NCBI GenBank assembly: GCA_976226885.1
Contig: OZ320315.1
Coordinates: forward strand, 88,474,001 to 88,538,000
Origin: Iphione sp. A-MEVVRFRX5
Taxonomy: Eukaryota
Length of the DNA: 64,000 nt
Direction: 5' to 3'
The position numbers and the translations under genes are program-made. Shown piece by piece: positions 51,303 through 63,645 of this stretch (its first letter is position 1; each line of letters begins with the position of its first letter). Under the pieces are notes generated by a model. It was given only the letters and a program-made list of their open reading frames with translations. It was not told the origin of the DNA and ran no database searches.

Positions 51303-54300
51303 TTTTGTATGTACTCTTTTTTTAAGGCCTGGTGGTAGCCTTCATATGAGGTATATTAATTGACGCAATCTGAAAAGTCCGACCAAGCATACAGCCGCAT
51401 TTCCGGTGCCGATTTTCCACGTAAGGACTTCCCGTCTTCGATAGGCGTGATCAGGAACTGTATTGCACCGTGGGGGAAGAGAAGTGGTATGATTTCTATG
51501 GTTTGTTCCCTTATTGGATGAATCCTTTTTTTCTTTCTGATCTTCCTGTTTACTGGGCGACGGACGGCGCAGGTGGGAGAAGGCAGAGCCATGTAATACT
51601 GGAGTGGCAGTCAAGATGTTTCTGTCATTTAGTATGTGCACAGTAAGAGTTCCAGACAGGAGGATACATCCAACGCATGTAATTCAATTTAGCTAACATT
51701 GAGCAGTCAGTCCCCAGCTTCATCTCATTTGTAAGGCAGCCGGCACTGTCTCTGCTCCTGACTATTTCAGAATGCTCGTGCTGTACATTTTGCTTCGAGA
51801 CTTCCCGACTTGGTTTTCCACCATAGACACATGTCTTCATCCTCGTGTTTTCTTCACATCCTCTTCGAAAAGAAACCGAGGAACGTGGGAGTGCTAACGC
51901 AAACTGACAAATACCAGCAGGCCCAATGAATTAACCGATACGTTTCTCCTCCATGGGATATTATATTCCCGAGAAAGGCCGGGTGGATTTATTTTCGGAG
52001 CCAATAGCGCCCACTATGCCATCCCTCCTGAGGAGTATATACATACGCTCGACGATGGATGGATGTAAGAAGAGTTTAATTTGAAATTGCAAGCCCTTTC
52101 ACAGTCTACATGCGTAAACCCAGCCCTAGCTGGTCATAATACGGCGTGACTTACGTCGCTATATCTGAAGCAGAAAAAAGAGAAACTTCTATCTGTATTA
52201 AATGAAATTAAAACCTGTTCCGTACCTCTCTACGACTTCAGATGGGATTATTCAAGAGACTATGGTGGGAAAAAATGGGTAGATATTGTTCGGCGTGTAC
52301 CTTATGAGTCCATACATAAGGCCAATATTATACGACTGCTCAGGACGGAAGCATGCGTGGAACGTTTCTGTATAGACGGCGTATGCATGTTCTTCTCGCC
52401 AACTTTCTATGCTGCATATTCGAGCGTAGGACGATAGAATTTCAGAACACGAGTTCCGTTTGAATCTTCCAGTTATTGACATGAATATGAAAGCACCAGC
52501 AGTTTTCAAGTTATGGCGACAACACTTCATTACACAGTATAAGAGGAAGGTAAGCACAGACAAAGAGGACAGTACATGTACGCATGTATATGACAGGAAA
52601 ATCTAGATAATAATGGTAAAAGAAAACTCCAAGTAGGTACGGCGATATTCAGTGAAATCCCAACATGTATAAAATATACTTGTAAAGGTCATTTGATCTG
52701 GATGGTGTCACCCGAGAAAATGCAGATCAAATGATTAATTGCAAAGGAGAAACTTCAATATAGTACTGCTTATCTTAAAGCGAATATTTGATTGGGCATC
52801 CCATACTAAAGAACACCAGCGGTTTGTCGTCAAGTTACGTGCAGTCCGTAAAAAAATATGTGCTCAGCACACTGCCCAACTCTCATTCGTTCTTCTTACG
52901 ACCAATGTATGATAGGTCAAAAGGTCGGCAGGTGGTGCTTGCCAGGTCACCCCAGACAGCATAGCGTCCCCGCCGTTAAGTCTGTCGTTGATGGCCGGAG
53001 TAGAGAACAGCCTTCCAGTTCTCAATGCAAATGTCATTATGCGGGCGTGATCGGCAGCGTCGACGATCTAGACTCGAACAGTTCTGTTTTTTTAAACACG
53101 GGATTCGCTGCACACTGCTGTGATGAATAAGGAAGGGGAAAACTATATTGAAGTGACTTCCTTCCGCAAGGTTTTCTTTTGCTTGCTGTATGCTATCTTT
53201 CATGGCAGGTGAAATGAGCGACTCCGCGAGCGATACAGGCAAATACGCCAACGAAGCTTCTGCAAGAGAAACTGCCCCAATTTCGTTCAGCTTATCTTGG
53301 ATGCTATCTCCTTTTATGGGAGGTGGGGGGGGGCATCGCTGGCAGTAGACTCAAGGCTGCCACTTCTTGTAGGTGGGTAAGTAGCCCCAGTGGAGGCTGC
53401 CCCCTCAGCCTCTATAACCGACTGGCCAGGCCAGGGGTGCCCCCCCACCCCCCACCCCCACCCTCCCCCGCGCACCATGGACACGGGACGGCCAATAAGG
53501 CTGGCACCATCCGAGCCGAGTTAAGCACTCGGAGAACCATCCAGCGGTGCATCGAGAGGGTCCGAAGTGGTCACAGAAAAGAGACCTGGAGCACAGTAAG
53601 TCCCAACCAGAGGTAACATGAGGGAGGGCCTTATCCGCTACTGAGTGGGCCTCCGAGTGTTGATTGGCCAACGTCCAGGGGCCAGAATTAGAGTCTCTGC
53701 CAGAAATGTGTCTGACCTCTTTCTTTGATTTTTTTCCCTATGCCTTGGGAACTAATGGCACAAGGGCGGGCAGGAACTGACGACAAAGATGTCGATACTC
53801 TGACACCTGCGACTGGCAAAACTTGTATATTGCGACGGCATCATGCAAAATGTATGAACAGCAAATCAAAAGCAATTGGCATACTGGTTGTTCTTCACCC
53901 ACAAACTCTCCACTTAATTTCATTAACCGCTAGTTGCTATCAATCGTTAACTGAAATGTGATGTGCTAATCTCGTAACGACGGCGAAGAGAAAATGCGCG
54001 CAGTCAACCGACATTCTAAGCCCTGGTGAATAATTGATCACCTGAAGCAGATTCAGAGAAATAAATGCGCTTTGTCTACCTCCCCGAGAAGGCTCAAGAA
54101 GCAGAATCAGAGAAACAGATGCTCTTTGTCTACTTGCTCGAAAAGGCTATGGGAAACCAGGTTCTTCTCTGCCAAACACATTGACTGCCCCGCCCCGGGC
54201 CCATTTGTCAGGATCGATGGCAAAGAACGCGACATCGCCTGTCGGTAATTATTCATAGGCACACAAGTTTGGCTCGAGCAGGATCAACATAGATATAGTA

Positions 54301-54472
54301 AAATGGGTGCGAAGTTAACCCCTGAGGTTTCTTGTGTACTCCTGCTCACGTCACTTCATCAACTGGTGTGAAGTTGGACTGGTGCGTGCCGAACAAAAAC
54401 ACGAGTATCTTTTGAATATTATAACCTGCCAAGAGGTATCTCTATTGAATCTTTGTCTAGACGAGAAAGAAA

Positions 54473-54502
54473 GAGACAGAGAGACAGAGAGACAGAGAGA
54501 CA
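54473..54502. repeat. (GAGACAGA)n tandem repeat
   Basis: Read directly. Confidence 0.9.
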
Positions 54503-55775
54503 ATGTTTAATACCATGTAAATTATATCTATCGATACTTTTAAACGAAATGCTCCATGAGGAAGGAAAACGATATGAATTCAACCATCATTGGTCGAGTC
54601 GAGTGCTCACTGGGAGACATAAACACACAGTATGATTAAAACCTCAAGATGTATGGATCTCATTAGCCATAAAGTCGTCAACAGACGGAAACCCTGCCTG
54701 GCCCAGCGCCCCTGTCGGCAGATTGTTATCCGTCAGATGATGTAGTAACAGCCCACAGAAACCTTATTTCGGCGCCCGCTTCTCCTGTGCCGATTTGTCA
54801 GTTTTTCTTCTGTCCTCTCGCTTTTTCGCACAGAATGGCCAGATAGCCAGTGCGATATTGCTTAACAAGGAGCCTGGTCTCTCCTGATATTTTTTTTTTT
54901 GGGGGGGGGGGGGGTGGCCGGGGGGGTTATGAAGTGGTGAGATAGCCACGTTCAGTATTTCTTGACGAGATGCCACATAGATACTTGTGGTGCGGTGATT
55001 TGTTTGGCTGCATCGATCAGTTTTTGTTCCGCGGGTGGTAATCACTCGTCTCATCCGTGACCGATCTGAGCGCCGTAAAATGGCCCCGTCTTGAAGAAAG
55101 GAGTAATTTTTTTGAAAGAGGCTATCATTATCGCATGTGTGGTGTGAACGAATCGGGTCAGAGGGAAATTGCCCACTCTCAACTGCTTAATGTTATTGGA
55201 AACGCCACGAGAACCTAGTGCTTTTTCTTTTTTCTCTCTTTTTTAAATCGATTTTCCCCTCGGAACTATGCTTGCATGTGTAGCGAGAAGTTATGGTCAT
55301 CTAGCAAATATTCCTAGGAAGCGGAATACTTTGCCGGAGACTCGAGTCCACCCTAAATGAAGAATTTCACTTAAAGTTAAATCTCAAACGAATTACACCG
55401 TCTATCATTCAATGCCTTCCACTGCGGTGATTTCCACGTCCATTAAATAATCAAAAGAGACAGTGCAAATAAGGGTTATAGAGTGGAAACCCTCTAATGC
55501 GACCACTAGAGTGACCAGTCAATTCTGTCCTTATTACAGGGTTGCCCTTTTACTCGAGTTGTCCATCTCGAATATATTATATATATGGTATTGAGGCCAG
55601 CTAAACTTGCCCTTAATTCTGAATCTCTCTCCCAGTTGAGTTGCCCTAGAGGTGAGTTGCTATTGTACACTTCTACTGTTCACAATAATTAACGTTCCCC
55701 CGTCATCCTTTGTAGTGAGGCGCCGAAAAATTGAGCTATTGAGGGACAGAGGCGGGTCATGGTTGCCAATAGTTA

Positions 55776-56005
55776 GCACCAGGGGGCGTGTTACTAAAGC
55801 TCACCTCCCACTTTATCTTCTAACAGCATGCTATCGCTCCTCTGACCCTCACCAATTCGCTAGCGTCGACGTCCCGCCCGCCGCCCGCTACGCGCCCACC
55901 GCCCGCCCGACGGGGATCTTTTGACCCAGTGGCGCCGGCTCAACTTGTGCTTCCTTCCGGCGAGGGCCGTGTCTGATGGGCCCTCAGATACCCATCAAGG
56001 TGAGC
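55776..56005 (+). promoter_or_regulatory. Candidate promoter with first exon (possible CDS start MGPQIPIK)
   Basis: CTCF-like GCACCAGGGGGCGT (55776-55789), CCAAT near 55852, several CCGCCC boxes at 55874-55910, ATG at 55976, eight codons, then strong donor AAG|GTGAGC at 56000. Confidence 0.45.
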
Positions 56006-59000
56006 TGCCTTCTGGAAAAAAAAGAGGGAAGACGACAGGCGAGTACTCCCGGAGGGGTTGCTGGAATTTCACTCAATATTCCATTGATGTCCGTCCCAAG
56101 TGCACTCGTCGACCCACAGTGACCAGAAGCCCCCCTTATATTCAGTGCCGGTGGTCAGCGGGATTCCTTGTGGAGAAACTCAATTTGGCTCCTGCTCTGA
56201 AAGCGGCGCGCACCCATGTTTCGGGTAGTGACCCCCGCCCGTCCTTGTTCAAGACCTGCGTCCAGGAAAAGTGTCATAATTGATTTCCAGGTCGACATTT
56301 TCTCGCCAATCTGCCCAAAAGCATGCATGCAAACTGGGGTCATATATTTTTCACCGGGGGAAAACCCTGTTTTTGTTTTATTCTGAAGTACTTTCAGTCA
56401 TGTAATATTTTATATTGAATATAACGGCATTTCATAGTGCATTTACAAGCCATGTCCCAGCTCCCTCACCCTTTACGGCCAATCGGTGCGGGAATTGGGG
56501 GTAATGCAAGAAAAGATGACAGGCAGATTGTCGCGTGAAAAGACACTGGGGCGGGCAGTGGGCTACCCAGTTCTGACAAACGACGTCAGGTTTAGCAAGG
56601 TCGGGGCGCTGTCGTTGTTATGGGCGCACCTCCGTCAGATGTCAATTGGCTCCTAGCCTTGCTGCTACGAGCAGCTCATAGAGTCAGACCGAGCGTATAA
56701 GCAACTCGACCATCTTGGTTTTCGGTCGTCGCATGCAGGATTAGTATCGCCTAACGCGATTTATTCAGCCTTGGCGTTGATAATCCGCCCCCCCTGTGTG
56801 ACACCTCGCTTCCCTGATTAGTCGGTCAGACAGAGGATGGAGCGTGATTTGCTCAATTACTCACTCTGAGACCGGGCCAGGGAGCAGCTGCATGATGGAC
56901 TACCGTTGGAGGGTGTTGTTGGGACGGAGTAGAGGGCGGCTCCGTAGTTGACAGGTGCTCCCTGAGGCAGTGACTCGTGGGGTGGGCCGAAAGGTCAATC
57001 GTAGTACGGGTCACATACTATCACATGATCAGCTTCTGGTCACATGATTATGCATACTGCATTACGCCGCCGTTCGGGCCAATTTGGTCTGAGACACGAT
57101 ATGAATGCCACGCTGCTGTGAAGCACAGGTTAGCCCTAGCCGTCTGAATTATTGCTATAAATTGTCAATAAAAACAAGACCGCCCTTAAATACCAATTAA
57201 AGAGGGGCCGCCAGAATTATTATCGTCTCCTGCAACAATTTTTATACATTTTTAGTTGTTATTTCAGCGAATAAGACAGCGATAGTATTGATTTCGATAA
57301 AGGTGGGTATTATAGCCAGTATCATTATAGAAAGATGCTTCGCGCGTACACCTCTCCCAGGAACTACTTTGTATGGGGTCTCATCTCACCGAGTGTGTAA
57401 TGTTCTCATAATTGGACTAAGAAAACATGCCATGCATTGCGTCGAACAATCAGCTAACCGTCATTGAATCGACTAGGTTTTATTTTCAGGGGATCAAGCA
57501 CATCATACATTTCAAGATCTTTTTCCGGACATTTTAACCAATCCTCATGAGAAAAGGGCCAAGTATCGTCAGTAGCAAAAAAAAGAAGCAGGAATTTGGA
57601 GCCATTAGGCGGCCGTCACACACGGTAATGATCGGCGTTTGGGCTGCCAACAGCGGCGGATCCGATCTGGATTACTGTCATGACAAGGTGACATGAGCAG
57701 GATGATCCTTTAATCCACCATTTTCCAAGCATCCCGCCGCCCATGGCGACAGGTGAAAGGGGTTCACGACATGTGGCGCCGCCTATACATGGCCGGCCGC
57801 CGTGTTCTTCTTAATGACGGACAGTAAATCTCTGTGATCTACAGAAAACGAACGCTTCTTTAGGCACGGTCTATTATCTAATCGTCCCCTTACGTGATAG
57901 ATATAGATAACAGGCCCGTTGAAGTGCATGGAACTCCCTTATCATCATACTCCTATTTTATTCGTTATTCGTTATTCACCGAGGAGGATCCATCTCATAA
58001 ACAGCAAAGTAATGGGCATGTAATATGAAAGAAGAGAGGGAAAGAGAAAGGGGGAGACAGAGAGGGAGAGCTAGAGGGAGAATGAGAGACAGAGTCTAGG
58101 CTTCTCAATGGTTAGCTATCCAAGATCTGCCCTATGATCGCCGATAAAGAATATGTCTGGAAATGTAAATGAAAAAATATTTGCAAATACATTCCCCGTT
58201 GTATTTGCCTTGATCCAATTCTTTTTCCGTCTTTGATACCCCCAATGGAAACCGTTGAGTGGAAACTTATAATGACTGACTGAATGAATATGTGTTTATT
58301 GAACAAAAATATCAATACATTTGGATGTTTTTCAATCAATATTCAACGATAACATTCCCGATGTTTGCTGGTTATGGATCTACCGCATTACAAATGATCA
58401 ACGAATGATCATTGACTATTTAAAGTGTTCTCAGCACAGGAACCCCTCAGTGAAAGGCAGTTACAGTTATATAGTTCAAAGCAATACATAGAGAGATTCT
58501 TTCCCTGCTGGCTTACATTGCCAGGGCCGTCTATTCGTGATGTTCGTCTGTAGCTTGCTTAAGGTCACAGCAACTAGTCTTTTTCCACCTATGTTACAGG
58601 GACGTCGCATGCTACAGAAGCAATGGCAACCAAGGATTCTGTGCTTCAAAAAAAAAACGTCTGTGAGGAAGATACACATATCCAGATTGGCAGCATATAG
58701 CCAGTGAATGATATCTGTAAAAACACGGATGCATCTGTTTTGTAATGAACACGACAGCATTCCCCTTAAATGGGGCTATCAGTGAGCCTGTTTTTAAATG
58801 CCCCCAAAAGAAACGTGTCTCTCGCAGCGTGCTCAAAACCTCCGCGTATGCTTATATATACGGGGTTTATAGAATGGGGAACTATACAGCTACAAGAGGA
58901 GGAAATATCGATCGACCAATACCCTTTCATCAAATCATTCGACCGTTTGAAGGATGTGCGTCACAATCGGCTCTCTCTCTTCTCTCTCAAGGAACGTAGG

Positions 59001-59784
59001 TCTCTCTCTCTCCCTTTGAGCCCGTGCGTGCAGATTTCAGCCCAGCAGGCGGACAACTCGGAGTAGCTCGCTCTAGGCGTGATGATTATGGCGATGTAGC
59101 AACAGGGAAAACGTCGATGGGCTCATTCATTCACCACGGCGCTCGATTAATATGGAGCTGCTCAGGGGACAAGTGTCGACCAGTGCAGGACACTCTGCGT
59201 GAGCAGTTTAAAAGGTGCGTCTGGCAGTTCAACCTTGGTGCGACACTACAGAGTTCCTAGAGGTTTCGTCTACGTTAAGTGCAGTCACCAGGCTATTTCG
59301 TAATAACTTCCAGTGCACTCACCGGCCTTGGTTTCTTTCCAGTTATCTAACCAAACACCAAGGGGTCTGTATGTCCGTGGTCACACCTTCATTGGAGGAG
59401 AATCACTTAAGATCAAACTGATGTGGCTAGGCTTCTGTGTTGTGTGGCGAGTGGTGGAGAGCCTGGCAGAGAGGGAAATACAGTCTAAACTCATGTAGCA
59501 GACTGACCTTGGGACTGGAAAACTTTTATTTCTCTCCAAGGTTGGTCCCCCACCCCCTGTGAGTTGATTACAAATGTGAACAGACAGTTTGGGACTGTAG
59601 CGTTTTGTAGGCTAGACTATGCGATCGACGCAAGCTGACAGTAAATACGAGTGTATGTGTGTATGTGTGTGAGGATATAGACTAGTCCAATGTTGTAGGA
59701 AATAGAGACAAGCCATTTCCATACTAAATCATTATATAATATATGATTCTACATGTAAAATATGAATATATTGGTCCAACTGTA

Positions 59785-59930
59785 CAGCCGACAACACTCT
59801 CTAAACGATTACATTTTTCTGAGAACAGAATATATGAATGTTCATAAAGGACGGACTTTACAACCAGCAATCTCCATATAACCGATAAACGCTTGGGGAA
59901 CCAAAAGTTTCAATCATGGAGGAACCACTG
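59785..59930. mobile_element. Degenerate pogo-type MITE
   Basis: Right end GGAGGAACCACTG-TA resembles the 11677 TIR; the left end TA-CAGCCGACAACACTCTCTAA is poor. A further TA-CAGTATAACCTC start follows at 59941. Confidence 0.35.
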
Positions 59931-60121
59931 TACATGTATATACAGTATAACCTCACTATTCAAACACTGCTTGGTTCAAATTGATTATACCTGCAATAGC
60001 TAGGGTGGTGGAATAGTGAGGGAGCTGTAACTAAGGAATACAGAAGAAACAATTGGAGAGAGAATAGCAGGGAGACCTTGGGGGTATAAAAAGAGATAGA
60101 CAAACCCTTCATGCAATGCCA

Positions 60122-60320
60122 CAGAGGTGGGAACACATCAGAAAACGTTGAGGTTAGGGCTGAAGTCAGAAAATATTAAAGGTAGAGTTGGAGGGGTGAG
60201 AAAACATCAGAGAACATTCAGGGGAGGATTAGAGAGGTGGGAACACATCTGAGAATGTTCAAGGAAGAGCTGGAGAGGCGGGAACAAATTGGAATCGATA
60301 GGTGATGGAATAGAGAGGTG
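60122..60320. repeat. Degenerate purine-rich tandem repeat (core AGAGGTGGGAACACATC)
   Basis: Near-identical cores at 60123 and 60233, with weaker variants between and after. Confidence 0.65.
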
Positions 60321-61688
60321 TTACTGTATATACATGTGGTTTCCACATGAATCTGTTAAAGAGTACAGAGAACGTCACACATTTCCCTTATGCTCACTCA
60401 GATTCAATAACAACTGTCGAATTCTCATGTGGTTGTACGTGAAAATAGTTGGCTGAATGCTTCAATTTGTGCCGATAGTTTACTTCTGCTCTCGAGCATG
60501 TGTTATTGAAAGGTTTCGCACGTTGGAGCGTCTTATCCCAAACAGAGCACACAAAGCTCCAGAGAAGGTTTTTTTTTTTATCAACAACACAGACAAAGAC
60601 CTGCCTTCATGCGGCTAGTAATAGTTTTATCTGGTTTATTCCGGTTTATTCCGGACGGAAGTGGGCGCCCTCCCGCGGCCAGAGACGGCAATGGACATTG
60701 GGTCGCCGTAGCAAGAGGCCAGCGAGAGGCAAGCTGCCAGTTGCCTCTTCTCAGGCCAATCAATACTACGGCAACCAATGCAGAAGGGAAACATCCTATT
60801 CACCGAAGGAGACATTCATTTGCACTCGACACTTTGGGCCCAGGGTCTCTCGCTCCTCTAAAGCCCCAGTAGAGACGTCCCATCGGATCGGCCCTGATTC
60901 ACCAAAGCCTTTGCTTGTGTGCCTTTACACGCCGGCCGTGTCGGGATAGTTGCTGTCACCGGTGGCAGCGCTAAGTAAACGGTCGTAAACAATGTGATCT
61001 ATTCAATGCCTGTCAATCACTCCTCCCTGCAGCGAAAAACTTCAGTCTGACGTTTGAAGATGAGAAAAAAGAAACGCATGCCCGCTGTTTCATGTGGTAC
61101 ATCCTAGTCGCGTACACCGCCACCAGGAAATACTGACATCCATATCAACCACATCAGCAGTAAATATCAAACGATTGCACGGCCGACACCTCCACGCCAC
61201 AAGCGATAAGCTTGGTAGATGAACGGAAATGTCAACGAAAAGCCTCCCGAAGCCACCATCAGTGAGTGGAAGTTTACACTGCTGAGGCAACAAGCCCCCG
61301 CACGCCGGGCTGTAGCTATATTATGTATGTGCCATGTATTTGCCCAAACCAAACATCGGATGATAGATGCTAATGTACTTACTGAATCAATATCCTCTTG
61401 AAAAAGGTCATTCAATAACCTCTCTCACATGTTGGCGTAATTGTAACAAATATGCGTGGGAATTGGTACGTAAGGCATGTGTTATTTTCGCGCCAGGTGG
61501 TTCTCATATGGCCTGTCCATTTATACTCTTTTCCCCCATCGACTCAGTTTCTTGGCAATCAGAGGGCTCCAGTGGGCCTTCGGTTAATGAAACGTCCACT
61601 CGTTATGAGAAGAAATAAACACCACTGGAATGTCTATACCTTCGACAATAGTCGTTGCGTTTGTGGTATGGAGGCGTTATGAGCAGTG

Positions 61689-61739
61689 ATTCGTCCGGGG
61701 AAATGACTCGAAGGTCAAAAAAGGTCATCCCGGACGAAT
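61689..61739. promoter_or_regulatory. Perfect DR4 nuclear-receptor element enclosed in an inverted repeat
   Basis: AGGTCA-aaaa-AGGTCA at 61712-61727; arms ATTCGTCCGGG (61689-61699) and CCCGGACGAAT (61729-61739), extended by ATGAC/GTCAT. Confidence 0.55.
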
Positions 61740-63362
61740 TCTTGATTTCCCACCTTCAAGCTATTTACGGTTGAATGCATGGAATTCAAGATTGGTTAAT
61801 GGATCAAAAAGGGGGTGGGATTTCGTAATTATGATGTAAAATGCTGAACACACCAGATGAGATGTATGAAAAAATTTGCAGCATGTTTACTGACTGTAGC
61901 ACGGAACCATCAGTGCTCGGATAAGGACCTACGTCCGGTTATCTCCACGGAAAGTAGTGCAATTATCCTCTCACTTTTTTCAAAGACGGCCATTTCCCTT
62001 CACCTCTAGAATCCTCAACAACAGGATCATTCCATGTTTCTGACATGGTTTTGAGCTTAGTCAAATCAGTAGCAGAAACAGGGTTCTTCTAATGACGCTC
62101 ATGGGTCCCTGACGCACCAATGGAACATAAAGAGAGAAGGTTCGCGAAACTACTACACGTCACATCCGGTGGCATCCATCCTTGGCATTTTGTCGTCTGC
62201 GTCATTAACTTGGCGGACTTCTAGCTTCCCTCGTGAGGGGCCAATTGACGTTGAGGAGAGACGCAAGAAGCAGCGTCTGAAAAGGAAGCTGAGCAGCTTG
62301 TATAACACAGACAGTGTGTGTTGACAAGGACCCAGGCAGCAATCGTATCGCTAGGAAAACGTATTAATTTAGGCAGCAGTTGGCGAACTCGCACGGCGCA
62401 TCCCTCGAGGCGGTAATTATTGCATTTTTCTTTGGACATAGCTTGACCGTAAAGATGCATGCACACGTGGATTTTCAAATACAAATACTTACACAGACAG
62501 TATATGTAGAGACGCTTTTAATAAGGACGGACACTCATATCCTATGAGTATCTGGGACACCAGAGTCTTGGTATGCCCCTAGAACCATGCAAGGAATCAT
62601 AGTAGCCGTCAATAGGGCATGAAAACAAATGTTAATTATGGCAGCTGGCAAATTCACTTCGTTGTGCACAGATCCTAGGAGTGGATCGTACATGTTAATA
62701 CGGACAAACAGGCTTAAAGGCATGCATATCATGTGACATACAACATTGCCCTCAAATGTGATCTAGCATTAAGTTCTGTCCAAGTTAAACAGTTCCTATC
62801 TTTTGCAGATTTCCATCAATTGGTATTCGTATACAGTTGTGTTTTGCGCGAAAAGTACTTTTAATCTAATCATCCCTGATTATTGTGCGGTGTTTCTGAT
62901 CTGACCGTTCAAGCAGTTCGTTCAGATGCATAATTACACGGATGAGACTTTTTGTCCCACGTGCCTTCGGGAGTTTGACGTATTGACATCCGCTATCCCG
63001 CGAACAGCTTCCGAGAAACTGTCATTTATGTTGCACTGTTGTTGTTTGTCATGAGGTTCCCACTGCGGGGTCCTGCACGCAGGACGTAACCATCAACCAA
63101 GGTCCTTCAAGCCTCCTCCAGTCATCCAATTCCCATCATTTTTTTCTCTCTCTAGTGATGGGTTTCGGTAACGCTGCTGATTGATTTGATGGCTGAAATA
63201 AATTGTAAAGTGAAGAAATTAATTGAATTCCAGCGTTTGATTTTTGCTGACCCAGGCACGGGGAGGTGAAAGGGGGGGGGGGGGGCACAGCGTAGCGTCA
63301 AGACGTTTTCGCTAACGTTCCGTTGGTCCTTCAGCTCGTGCCACGAGGAGGTGGCTATCTCG

Positions 63363-63376
63363 GTTGCCATGGAAAT
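63363..63376. promoter_or_regulatory. RFX X-box-like motif
   Basis: GTTGCCATGGAAAT. Confidence 0.35.
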
Positions 63377-63612
63377 CAGCCGCCGAGACAGGGAGCAGCT
63401 CGGAGAGAGAGAGGCATTCAAGGAGCAGACGTCTCGGGAAGGTATTCTAAGAGACCAGCAAACGATATACAGGGCGAAGGGCCTATTGGTATGGGAAGAC
63501 AACTGGAAGACGGGGCTATTCAAATCACTGCACGTAGGGTAGACTTACCTGCTATACGTGGTGTCATATATGAGGAATCTATACCGAGGCGACTGTCATC
63601 AATGTGAATGTA

Positions 63613-63618
<6 letters not shown>

Positions 63619-63645
<27 letters not shown>
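63619..63645. repeat. (TG)n microsatellite
   Basis: Read directly. Confidence 0.95.

Noticed and set aside
60731-60743. 13-nt match to the 5' end of miR-22
   Set aside because: The remainder diverges, and the local hairpin is only 8 bp with the match in its loop, so it is not a pre-miRNA.
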